Source of the DNA: an uncultured Flavobacteriales bacterium
GTDB taxonomy: Bacteria; Bacteroidota; Bacteroidia; Flavobacteriales_D; Crocinitomicaceae
Direction: 5' to 3'
Assembly: GCA_964389755.1 (NCBI GenBank)
Contig: CAYMEW010000015.1
Coordinates: 2,002-66,001, forward strand
Length of the DNA stretch: 64,000 nt
Both the position numbers and the translations under genes were made by a program. Below, one piece after another: positions 55,695-64,000 of this stretch. The number at the start of each line of letters is the position of its first letter. The first letter of the stretch is position 1. The notes beneath the pieces were generated by a model. That model did not search any database. It saw only the letters and a program-made list of their open reading frames with translations, and was not told where the DNA came from.

Positions 55695-57665
55695 TCAATA
55701 ATTAAGTTCATAAGGAATTTCGAAGTGCGATCGCACGCCCAGCACGCTGCCGTCGGACCCAGTGATGTTTTCTACGTGCACGTCGAGTTTTCTTTTGGCG
55801 ATGGTCACCAGGCGTTCTTCGGTGATACTGGTCGACAGGGAACGGTGTCCGTCCGTATGTGCGCGAAGTCCCGAACCGTTGTCAGATACCGCAAACAGAA
55901 GCCGTTTGTCCTCCATCTCGTAGTTCAGCCGGATGACCCCGCCTTCCGGTTTTTCTTTTAAACCGTGACGGACCGCGTTTTCAATGAATGGCTGTGCGAG
56001 CATCGGGGGCACGAGTAACTCTTCGGGATCGATTCCCTCACCGAGCGTTATTTCATAGGTAAACGGGTTGTTGTACAGCAGCTTTTGCAGCGTGAGGTAG
56101 TTCTCAAGCATCGCGATCTCCTCGCTGAGCAGGATGAAATTTTCGCGTGAGTTTTCAAGGATCTGGCGCGTAAGCCGTGAGAAACGGGTCAGGTAGGTGA
56201 TCGCTTCCCCGTCTTGGCCATTATAGATCAGGCTCTGTATGTTGTCGATCGAGTTGAATACGAAGTGCGGGTTCATCTGCGAGAGCAGCAGTTTTTGCTT
56301 GAGTTCGTTGTTTTTTGCGGCATTGCGCAGGTTTTTCTGCCTGAAATAGTAATACAGGAAAGCGAGCAATAACAACGCCACCGCAATGGAGACACCCAGC
56401 AACAGGTTTCGCCGGAAGATCTTCCGCTCCGTTGCCGCGTTGAGTTCTGATATTTCTTTCTCCTGCTTCACACGTGCAAGCAGTTCCCTTTTTTCGAAGT
56501 CGTATTGCAACTGTTGCTCCACAAGGGCGTTCTTCGAAGCTTCCTCATTGGCACCGTCACGCGTTTCGATGTACGACTCGTACATGCTGAGTGCCTCCCG
56601 GAAATTTCCCTGTGCTTTGCTGATCCGGTAGCCGGATTCATAAGCCATTTCCAGCAATCCGAGGTCCTGGTTCTCCCGGATGAGCGCGAGCGCCTCGTTT
56701 ACGTGATCCTTAGCCTGTGCATAAGCGCCTTTTTCAAGATACAGGTCGCCCAGGCTTAACTGCAACGTTGCACTGGCGCGAATCGAACCGGCATAGTGCA
56801 ATCCTTCTTCGAACATGCGCAGTGCCTCCTCGTATTTTTGCTGCGCCAGGTAGATCTCACCCATGCTGCGCGCATTAAAAGCTGCATTATCTGAAAAACC
56901 GTACTCGCGGCTGATCGCCAGTCCCCGGCGTAGGTAGCTTTCTGCTTCCGTGTATTTTTTCTGGTTAAAGTATACGAAGCCAATGTTGTGAAGGATCACG
57001 GCTGTCTCATACATATGCTGGGGCGAGGTGTCCTCTGACGCAGTATACGTTGCCAGGGCTTCTTTGTAACGGGCGAGGGCCTTGTCGAAGTCCCGGTGGT
57101 CCTCATGGATCTGCGCGAGCGAGGTGTTTGTGGCAGCCACGCCCATTTCATCGCCTGCCGCTTCCAGGTACTTCCGTGCTTCGAAAAAGCAGGCAATCGC
57201 TTCTTCGCGGGCACCCATCTTCCGAAGCATGTTGCCTTTGTTGATCAGCGTGTGTGAAACTTCAATATCCTTGTCGAGGCGGCGGAAGAGTACAATTGCT
57301 TTGTCGTAATATTCCAGTACTTTTCGCCCGTTTGCCGGCGTAAATAATTCGATGGCTTTATCGCAATACCAGTAGGCGAGGTAGTAGTAATAGGCATCCC
57401 GAAGGTCAGGATCGAGGTTCTGTTTTGCGAGGTTCCTGAAAATAATCTCTCCGGCTAACTGGTTGTAATGAACGCTTGTCGAATCCCCGGCACGCGAACT
57501 TCCGATGATGGAACCGATGATCTCCAGCCTCGTTGTGTCGTGTAGTTTTTTGTCCAGCAGCAGGTTTTTCAATGAGTCGATTTCTCCGTCCTGTGCAAGC
57601 GAACGGACCGGGACAAGTGCCATGAATACAAAAAGCACAGCAGCCGGCAGGAATATATGTCTCAT
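55695..57665 (-). CDS. TPR-repeat sensor histidine kinase (LytS/YehU-type His_kinase domain)
   Basis: Signal peptide, multiple TPR units, one TM segment, LLSQMNPHFVFNSIDNIQSLI, and an HATPase_c end. Confidence 0.85.
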   Translation of the reverse strand: MRHIFLPAAVLFVFMALVPVRSLAQDGEIDSLKNLLLDKKLHDTTRLEIIGSIIGSSRAGDSTSVHYNQLAGEIIFRNLAKQNLDPDLRDAYYYYLAYWYCDKAIELFTPANGRKVLEYYDKAIVLFRRLDKDIEVSHTLINKGNMLRKMGAREEAIACFFEARKYLEAAGDEMGVAATNTSLAQIHEDHRDFDKALARYKEALATYTASEDTSPQHMYETAVILHNIGFVYFNQKKYTEAESYLRRGLAISREYGFSDNAAFNARSMGEIYLAQQKYEEALRMFEEGLHYAGSIRASATLQLSLGDLYLEKGAYAQAKDHVNEALALIRENQDLGLLEMAYESGYRISKAQGNFREALSMYESYIETRDGANEEASKNALVEQQLQYDFEKRELLARVKQEKEISELNAATERKIFRRNLLLGVSIAVALLLLAFLYYYFRQKNLRNAAKNNELKQKLLLSQMNPHFVFNSIDNIQSLIYNGQDGEAITYLTRFSRLTRQILENSRENFILLSEEIAMLENYLTLQKLLYNNPFTYEITLGEGIDPEELLVPPMLAQPFIENAVRHGLKEKPEGGVIRLNYEMEDKRLLFAVSDNGSGLRAHTDGHRSLSTSITEERLVTIAKRKLDVHVENITGSDGSVLGVRSHFEIPYELNY

Positions 57666-57825
57666 TCTCCTAAGTCTGATTCTCGTTAAAAGCGTGCAAA
57701 TCTACGGAAAGTTATTTATCAAAGTACGGATTTCATGTGTCGGTAATATATTCATAAAAAAGCCATTCTCCGTAGAAAATGGCTTCGTGACTGATGGTCA
57801 GCTAAAATCGTTATATAAAAGCGTG

Positions 57826-58353
57826 TTAAGCTATCTTAGCGGTTTTAACGCGTGTGGTTAAAAAGGCGAACAAAGCAACGAGGAACGCCGGTATCACTGC
57901 TGCGATAGCGATCGCCCGGTTTGTTGCTCCGCCTGTAATGCCGGTATCAAAACTAGGTGATATAGCAATCAGTATGATGCCTCCTATCACGGTAAGCGCC
58001 AGCAATGCGAGGGCCACTTTCTGCCGCGGAACATACAGGAAAACAGCACTCACAACGCTCAGCACCAGCAAGAGGATCATCAGCATTGCAGCGGCTTTAA
58101 AGGTCCCTTCTCCGGGCAGGTCATTCATCGCTTCTTCGCCTTCCGAGAGCGTATTGCTCATTTCACTGTCTTCTCCCATCATGTCGCCTAAGCCTTCTTT
58201 CATGCTTTGGAGCAGAAGTCTGCTTTCCTCAATTTCATCTGCATAAGTTACGACATCGCGTGCATCATTAAAGTTTCGTACTGCACCAAGTCCGCAGATA
58301 AGCAGGGCCGCAGCGAGTGCGATCGTTCCAAGTACTCTGAATAGAATTTTCAT
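57826..58353 (-). CDS. Hypothetical membrane protein
   Basis: Start taken at MKILFRVLGTIAL. Four hydrophobic segments. Confidence 0.5.
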   Translation of the reverse strand: MKILFRVLGTIALAAALLICGLGAVRNFNDARDVVTYADEIEESRLLLQSMKEGLGDMMGEDSEMSNTLSEGEEAMNDLPGEGTFKAAAMLMILLLVLSVVSAVFLYVPRQKVALALLALTVIGGIILIAISPSFDTGITGGATNRAIAIAAVIPAFLVALFAFLTTRVKTAKIA

Positions 58354-58613
58354 TTTTCTTAATTTTTTTGTTAAACGTTGAAGGTCGCTTAGGTATAATT
58401 CGTTTTCGCAACCGGGAACAAATGTAGCAGAGGCAAACATTCTTCAAAATAAAAATGAAAATTCGCTGCCCACCCGCGAATATCCGCTACAGAACAAAGA
58501 AAGGTCGTTTTGTAATACATGTATCCGGAGCGCATCGTTCGATGATCCTTCCCGGGCAAAAGGTAAGTTCGACTTCGTAAGAAGGTACAACAGGAGCAAA
58601 AATACGGCGCGAT

Positions 58614-60479
58614 TTACCGTTCCAAATGCAAGAAGCCCTGCTTCACCTCGCTCTGCGTCTCGAGTTTATAAAAATAAACGCCTTCGTTTGCAGGCAATCC
58701 CTGTTGTGTTTTTCCGTCCCAGCTGAGTTCGATGCCTTCCGCCTGATACACGAGCGTTCCCCAGCGGTTGTAGATATATAAAACACTTTGGGTGGAATAA
58801 ACCGGAAACTCCCAGAGATCGTTTATGCCGTCACCATTCGGAGTGAAAACGTTCGGAACTTCGGCAGTAGGACAGTCGAAGTCGTTTAGGCTGATGGTCT
58901 GTACTTTCGTAGTGGTTCCATAGCCGTTTTTAACGGTTAAGCTGATGGTATATGTGCCTGGTTTGGAATAACAAATATCCTGCGGATGTTGCGCTGTGGA
59001 AGATCCTGGTGTGGCGCCTTCAAATTCCCAGTACCACTCCGTCGGGGCGTTTAGCGAGGAATCTGTAAAGTCCACGCATACCTGCGGACAGGCGGTAGTA
59101 CCGGTAAATGAAAACTGCACGATCGGTTGCAGGTTTTCGCATACTGTTTTCACCGTGATCGGGTGACCCGGATCGCTAAAAGTGAACGGTTCGTATACGG
59201 CTAAGGGCTGTTCCTGCGCGGTCAGAAAAATGTCCATGCGCTCAAATACAGGTGCATCGGTTTCAAACGAAGCATCGGCCGTATAACACGAAAGATATCC
59301 CTGCGCATCGGTTTTAACCAGCGCAGCATCGCGCACATAGCCAGGCGGGCGAACATCTCCGGTGAACAGGAGTCCCTGATCCATGGTTTCGTACAGGTCG
59401 AATCCGTAATTCGTGAAAATGGGAGAAAGAGGATAGTGCCGCGCCCACAAAACTTCGCCGGTTGGTCTCACTTTCAGTAAAACGATATTTCGGGCGTCAA
59501 AACTGCCCTGATCGCCCAATAATGCCATGTTGCCGTCGTTCGTGTTTGCCAGTTTGCGAAGGTGTTCGCCGGAAGCCGTGTGTGCATCGTACCCGGTTGT
59601 TTGGATCAGTGCTCCGGAGGCATCTACTTTTAATAAATACGCGTCCCATTCCTTCCCGACGCGGTACATGGCACCGGAAATATAGAGGTCGCCGCTCACC
59701 GTTCCGATCAGGTCATAGGGCTGGTCGTCGTATTCACCGTAAAACATTCGTGACCACTGCACTACACCCTGTGCATCCGTGCGCGTAACCAGTGTGTGGC
59801 CGAACGGACCGGTAAACTGGGCATTCACTGAAGAAACAAAAGCAAAATCTCCGTTCGGCAGTTCAACAATTGCTTCGGGCGAAACACCTTGCAGGATACT
59901 ATAGTTTTTACTCCACAAAACCTGGCCGTCCTCATCGAAACGGATCAGTAAAGCACCCGGATAACCGCCGGTATTGTAATTCGTGATCGAACAACTGAGA
60001 AAACCACCGGACTGGCAGGCGATCAATTCTGCCGGACGATCCTGTCCCGAAGCTTCGATGCGGTAGTTCCAAAGTACATTCCCCGAAATATCCGTTTTCA
60101 TCAGGAACAACGCTTTTTCCGTAGAACTTTGCCTGTTCACCTGACCGAATACACAGAGTCCGCCATCGGAAGTATTAACGACATTCTTTGCAAGGGCGTA
60201 ATTACCGTCGGTAAATGTCTTTTGCCACATAATTTCTCCGTTGACATCGGTTCGAACCAGGCCGAATTCAACACCCGCTCCGCCCCACATGCCTCCGCCG
60301 GTTGTCAGTACCGTGCCTCCGTCTGCCGTTGGAATACAGGAAGTACCGTAATCACTCATATCGGTTCCGATCGTTTTTAAAAAGGTACTCTGAGCACCCG
60401 CTGACAAACCATCGCAAAGGAGTAATAAAAAAAGAGACTTCCTGAAAAAATGTTTCATATTGAAACTTAGACGTGTCAT
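58614..60479 (-). CDS. Secreted beta-propeller-like protein with a PKD domain and a T9SS type-B sorting domain
   Basis: PKD (PGTYTISLTVKNGYGTTT). C-terminus VFTPNGDGINDLWEF...YIYNRWGTLVY...GVYFYKL. The start is possibly Met at 60458. Confidence 0.8.
   Translation of the reverse strand: MTRLSFNMKHFFRKSLFLLLLCDGLSAGAQSTFLKTIGTDMSDYGTSCIPTADGGTVLTTGGGMWGGAGVEFGLVRTDVNGEIMWQKTFTDGNYALAKNVVNTSDGGLCVFGQVNRQSSTEKALFLMKTDISGNVLWNYRIEASGQDRPAELIACQSGGFLSCSITNYNTGGYPGALLIRFDEDGQVLWSKNYSILQGVSPEAIVELPNGDFAFVSSVNAQFTGPFGHTLVTRTDAQGVVQWSRMFYGEYDDQPYDLIGTVSGDLYISGAMYRVGKEWDAYLLKVDASGALIQTTGYDAHTASGEHLRKLANTNDGNMALLGDQGSFDARNIVLLKVRPTGEVLWARHYPLSPIFTNYGFDLYETMDQGLLFTGDVRPPGYVRDAALVKTDAQGYLSCYTADASFETDAPVFERMDIFLTAQEQPLAVYEPFTFSDPGHPITVKTVCENLQPIVQFSFTGTTACPQVCVDFTDSSLNAPTEWYWEFEGATPGSSTAQHPQDICYSKPGTYTISLTVKNGYGTTTKVQTISLNDFDCPTAEVPNVFTPNGDGINDLWEFPVYSTQSVLYIYNRWGTLVYQAEGIELSWDGKTQQGLPANEGVYFYKLETQSEVKQGFLHLER
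58920..58942. repeat. 23-nt hairpin motif copy (ATAGCCGTTTTTAACGGTTAAGC), inside a CDS
   Basis: Identical to 6161-6183. On the coding (minus) strand it encodes SLTVKNGY of the PKD domain. Confidence 0.85.
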
Positions 60480-60697
60480 TTGTGGTGAAGGTTTCCTCCC
60501 GGCTTTTGACTTTCATAAAACCTGCTCAATAAGATTCGCTCTTTTGCGTGCTTATGGAATTGTGTTCCGGAGGCCCGGAAATGATAAGTAAGATAGAGAA
60601 CCGGTACCCGAAATTAATTCCTGATACGTGTCGTGCGGCGCCGCTATTCGTGCAGTCTCGTTCTCTTTTACTATCTTCGTTCCGGTAAAAGCATGCT

Positions 60698-61597
60698 ATG
60701 TCCATTGAAGTAAATAACCTGGTAAAATATTACGGCGATCAGCCCGCAGTAGGAGGAATCTCCTTTAAGATCAACAAAGGGGAGATTGTCGGCTTCCTCG
60801 GACCGAACGGTGCCGGAAAATCCACGACCATGAAGGTCATTACCGGCTTCATTCCGGCTTCCGAAGGAGAAGTGAAGGTTTGTGGAAAACCGGTCAGCAT
60901 CGACTCCCTCGATACGCGTAAACTCATTGGGTATCTCCCGGAACACAACCCGCTTTACCTCGATATGTACGTACGCGAATACCTTGAGTTTGTCGGGAAG
61001 ATCTACAAAGTAAAGAACGTGCGTGAACGTGTGCGTGAAATGATCAAAGCCGTCGGGCTCGAAGTCGAACAGAATAAAAAGATCGGGGCGCTTTCGAAAG
61101 GATACCGCCAACGTGTCGGCCTCGCACAGGCAATCATCCACGACCCGGAAGTACTCATCCTCGATGAACCTACGTCCGGACTCGACCCGAACCAACTTGT
61201 GGAGATCCGGAGCCTCATCCGGAACATCGGAAAGGAAAAGACCGTGATGCTGTCCACGCACATCATGCAGGAAGTGGAAGCCATTTGCGACCGTGTCGTT
61301 ATAATCAACAAAGGGCGGATCGTGGCAGACAATACCGCACACGAATTGCAACACGCGGGAGAAAAACAAACCGTTTTCGTGGAATTCGAAGGACAGGCCT
61401 CTAAAAATAACCTCCGGAAGATCGAAGGAGCAAGTAAAGTGGAAAAAGTGGACGCCGGCTGGCTCATCGAAGGTCCCGCAAATACAGACCTGCGTAAAAA
61501 TGTCGCCCGCTTCGCACAACAAAACGATTTGCTTGTTCTTTCACTGAGAGTGGAATCCCGAACCCTGGAAGAAGTCTTTAAAGAACTGACAAAGTAA
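60698..61597 (+). CDS. gldA: ABC transporter ATP-binding protein, GldA-like
   Basis: MSIEVNNLVKYYG...GFLGPNGAGKSTTMK, LSKGYRQR, ILDEPTSGLD. About 300 aa like gliding-motility GldA. Confidence 0.75.
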   Translation: MSIEVNNLVKYYGDQPAVGGISFKINKGEIVGFLGPNGAGKSTTMKVITGFIPASEGEVKVCGKPVSIDSLDTRKLIGYLPEHNPLYLDMYVREYLEFVGKIYKVKNVRERVREMIKAVGLEVEQNKKIGALSKGYRQRVGLAQAIIHDPEVLILDEPTSGLDPNQLVEIRSLIRNIGKEKTVMLSTHIMQEVEAICDRVVIINKGRIVADNTAHELQHAGEKQTVFVEFEGQASKNNLRKIEGASKVEKVDAGWLIEGPANTDLRKNVARFAQQNDLLVLSLRVESRTLEEVFKELTK

Positions 61598-61632
61598 GGG
61601 AGAATAACCGCGCTCTCCTTAAAATACGTGAC

Positions 61633-62706
61633 ATGCTCCGCGAACTCATCGAAAAACAGTCGAAACCCTTTGTGATCAGTGGCCCCTGTAGTGCCGAAAC
61701 GGAAGAACAAACACTCGAAACCTGTCTGCGACTTCATCAACTCGGCATTCCGCACATGCTGCGTGCCGGAATCTGGAAACCGCGTACACGCCCTGATTCT
61801 TTTGAGGGAGTGGGAGAGATCGGCCTGCAATGGCTCGTTGAAGCCGGACGGCAAACAGGACTTCCGGTAACAACCGAAGTGGCTAATGCACAGCATGTCG
61901 AACTGGCTCTGAAAGCCGGCATCCATGTGCTTTGGATCGGAGCGAGAACAACCGTTAATCCCTTTTCAGTACAGGAAATCGTGGATGCACTTCGTGGTAC
62001 TGATGTGCCGGTGATGATCAAAAATCCGGTTAACCCGGACCTTGAACTCTGGATCGGTGCTTTCGAACGTTTTCAAAAGGCCGGACTCACCGATCTGCTC
62101 GCGATCCACCGGGGCTTCTCGACTTACAAACATCCGAAATACCGCAATATCCCGAACTGGGAAATTCCCATCGCTTTTCGGGAAAGACTGCCGGAGATCC
62201 CGCTAATTTGCGACCCGAGTCACATAACCGGAAAGCGCTCACTGCTGCAGGAAACAGCCCAAAAGGCCATGGACCTGAATTACTGCGGACTGATGATCGA
62301 AAGTCATTGCCATCCCGATGAGGCCTGGTCGGATGCCGCGCAACAGGTGACACCGGAAAAGCTCCGCGCGATCCTGGACGGGCTCGTATTGCGTTCACCG
62401 AACGTGTCACCCTCCGCACAGGAAAAACTCGAGGAATTCCGGGAAAAGATCGCTGTGCTCGACGACAGGCTCTTCGATATTCTCTCCGCACGTATGTTAC
62501 TCAGTGAGGAGGTAGGTGCTTTTAAGAAAGAGAATCACATTACAATCCTCCAGGAAGAACACTGGAAACGCATGATCGCTAAATACCTCGGACGTTCCGC
62601 CGAACTAAAGCTCTCGGAAAGTTTCGTACGTCGCATCATGGACGCGATCCACCAGGAATCGATCCGCCACCAGACGCGTGTAATGAATAACCCGGGCGAG
62701 TCATGA
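61633..62706 (+). CDS. Bifunctional 3-deoxy-7-phosphoheptulonate synthase / chorismate mutase
   Basis: FVISGPCSAE...RAGIWKPRTRP (type I-beta DAHPS) and a C-terminal CM type II helix bundle (RIAVLDDRLFDILSARM...). Confidence 0.88.
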   Translation: MLRELIEKQSKPFVISGPCSAETEEQTLETCLRLHQLGIPHMLRAGIWKPRTRPDSFEGVGEIGLQWLVEAGRQTGLPVTTEVANAQHVELALKAGIHVLWIGARTTVNPFSVQEIVDALRGTDVPVMIKNPVNPDLELWIGAFERFQKAGLTDLLAIHRGFSTYKHPKYRNIPNWEIPIAFRERLPEIPLICDPSHITGKRSLLQETAQKAMDLNYCGLMIESHCHPDEAWSDAAQQVTPEKLRAILDGLVLRSPNVSPSAQEKLEEFREKIAVLDDRLFDILSARMLLSEEVGAFKKENHITILQEEHWKRMIAKYLGRSAELKLSESFVRRIMDAIHQESIRHQTRVMNNPGES

Positions 62707-63959
62707 AAACCATAGTACCCGGCCCTTGTGTCGGTAACATATACATTCCTCCCTCAAAAAGCGATGCACAACGCGCGCTTTTGGCGGCTTCGCTCTTTGG
62801 AACGGAAACACGTCTGTACAACGTGGGCAATAGTGCGGATGAACAGGCCATGCGCCGCTGCTGCGAGGCACTTGGTGCTCAAATAATCGATTCCGATAGC
62901 CGTTTCTTAACGGTTAAGGCAACGGCTGAAATTCCCGACAATCGTGAACTGGATTGCGGAGAAAGCGGGTTGTGTACACGGCTGCTGGCAGGAACACTTG
63001 TACTGTCCGGTAAACGCTTTACACTGAACGGACACGGCAGTCTGAAACAACGAGAATTTCCCGAAATACGGAGTTTTGTGTCTCAATTCATGGGTCCTGG
63101 GTTCGAATCCCGGCGGGATCACATACCATTAACGATCGATGCACTGAACATTTCCGGCAACATCTCGGCCGACGGCTCCACGGGCTCTCAGTTCGTTTCG
63201 GGACTTCTCACCGGGATGTGCCTGAATGGAAACATTAACGAACTGGAAGTGACAAAGCTCACAAGCATTCCTTATGTGCGCATGACGCTCGCCACACTCC
63301 GTGAATTCGGTTTTGACTTTCAGGAGCATGAAATGCGTCATTTTACCCTCCGCGACACCGGACACCGGACAAGTTCGTATAACGTGGCTGCCGACTGGAG
63401 CAGTGCTTCCTGCTGGCTTGTAGCTGCGGCTCTGCAGGAAAAACCAGGTGAACTCATGATTTCCAACCTCGACAGTTCGAGTCCACAGGCTGATAAAAAA
63501 ATACTGGAGGCCCTACTGCTAGCCGGATGTCGCGTTATGGTCTCAGATTCGGGAATTGCCGTGGATGGTTCGGTACGAAAGCCCTTTTCGTTCGACGCCA
63601 CTCATTGCCCCGACCTTTTTCCGGCCCTGGCTGTTTTGGCCGCGCTTACCGAAGGAACTTCGGAGATTAACGGGGTACAACGCCTGCGCAATAAAGAAAG
63701 TGATCGGGCGAAGGCCATCTGTGAAGAATGGTCTAAAGCCGGAATTCGGGTGGAAGTAGATGAGGATCGAATGCTTATTCATGGTGACAGATCGGTAAAA
63801 GCGTCCGCTTTTGATGCGCACAATGATCACCGTATGGCCATGGCCTGCGCCATACTCGCAAGCTTTGCAAATGCGCCGTCAACCATTGGCGGAGCAGGTT
63901 CCGTAGCGAAAAGTTACCCGGAATTCTGGGAACATTTCGCAAAAGTGCACCGTGCTTAG
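62703..63959 (+). CDS. aroA: 3-phosphoshikimate 1-carboxyvinyltransferase (EPSP synthase)
   Basis: PPSKSDAQRALL, DGSTGSQFVSGLL, RNKESDR, HNDHRMAMA motifs. Confidence 0.9.
   Translation: MKTIVPGPCVGNIYIPPSKSDAQRALLAASLFGTETRLYNVGNSADEQAMRRCCEALGAQIIDSDSRFLTVKATAEIPDNRELDCGESGLCTRLLAGTLVLSGKRFTLNGHGSLKQREFPEIRSFVSQFMGPGFESRRDHIPLTIDALNISGNISADGSTGSQFVSGLLTGMCLNGNINELEVTKLTSIPYVRMTLATLREFGFDFQEHEMRHFTLRDTGHRTSSYNVAADWSSASCWLVAAALQEKPGELMISNLDSSSPQADKKILEALLLAGCRVMVSDSGIAVDGSVRKPFSFDATHCPDLFPALAVLAALTEGTSEINGVQRLRNKESDRAKAICEEWSKAGIRVEVDEDRMLIHGDRSVKASAFDAHNDHRMAMACAILASFANAPSTIGGAGSVAKSYPEFWEHFAKVHRA
62897..62916. repeat. 20-nt hairpin motif copy (TAGCCGTTTCTTAACGGTTA), inside aroA
   Basis: Identical to 31046-31065. 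Encodes SRFLTVK in aroA. Confidence 0.85.
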
Positions 63960-64000
63960 TGAAGTACGACTGCCTGCTGAATTCCGAGAAAGCGACCGTC

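Noticed and set aside
60671-61926. 283-aa and 307-aa minus-strand ORFs
   Set aside because: They are antisense to the gldA-like ABC ATPase and the DAHP synthase start. The + strand genes carry clear Walker and signature motifs.
63092-63128. tRNA-like 3' end (GGGTC-CTGGG-TTCGAAT-CCCGG-CGGGATC-A) inside aroA, resembling an att-site remnant
   Set aside because: No D-arm or anticodon arm lies upstream, and it does not match the local tRNA-Pro genes. The aroA frame is uninterrupted with a segment length matching other EPSP synthases. It is most likely coincidence, though the local peptide (QREFPEIRSFVSQFMGPGFESRRD) is atypical and could be rechecked by alignment.

Overview
The window is about 64 kb of a Bacteroidota chromosome. 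The phylum call rests on a gldA-like ABC ATPase, a T9SS type-B (gliding-motility C-terminal) sorting domain, TAnnTTTG -7 promoter boxes, SPOR/HU-CCDC81 and CarboxypepD_reg-type proteins. Most of it is ordinary housekeeping: dps/oxyR, tlyA, sufS-sufE-DUF59, fabF, uvrA, ribD, dacB, rsgA-dtd-mazG, and DAHP synthase/chorismate mutase with aroA. There is also a minus-strand exopolysaccharide locus (WecA-like GT4, rfbC, Wzc-like BY-kinase, Wza, GT4). Four accessory stretches stand out. (1) 25.2-29.7 kb is a visibly AT-rich array of seven small lipoprotein or cytoplasmic ORFs of unknown function, separated by a recurring intergenic repeat; its first gene is frameshifted. (2) 30.9-31.5 kb is a recombination scar: a duplicated VOC gene tail brackets an HMG-CoA reductase 5' fragment. 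It is followed by a four-gene minus-strand operon (31.5-37.5 kb; three products carry signal peptides): a collagen-like tail-fiber protein, an MBL-fold protein, an HQxxH reprolysin-like protein and a LamG plus PA-IIL-like lectin lacking an obvious signal peptide. The operon abuts a tandem tRNA-Pro(CGG)/tRNA-Pro(GGG) pair. (3) 47.0-54.9 kb is a toxin-antitoxin/defence island. It holds a DUF433/DUF5615 pair, a TAC-like module (frameshifted Gp49/HigB-like toxin, XRE antitoxin with a long tail, SecB-like chaperone), an ORF-poor structured segment, an AIPR abortive-infection gene with a 57-aa leader ORF, and a RelE-like gene with a non-canonical upstream partner. (4) A 20-23 nt hairpin-forming motif (TAGCCGTTTYTTAACGGTTA) recurs exactly at unrelated loci, and its core octamer AGCCGTTT looks over-represented and strand-biased. 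No CRISPR array, rRNA, transposase or integrase was seen. All homology calls come from reading the translations by eye; no searches were run.
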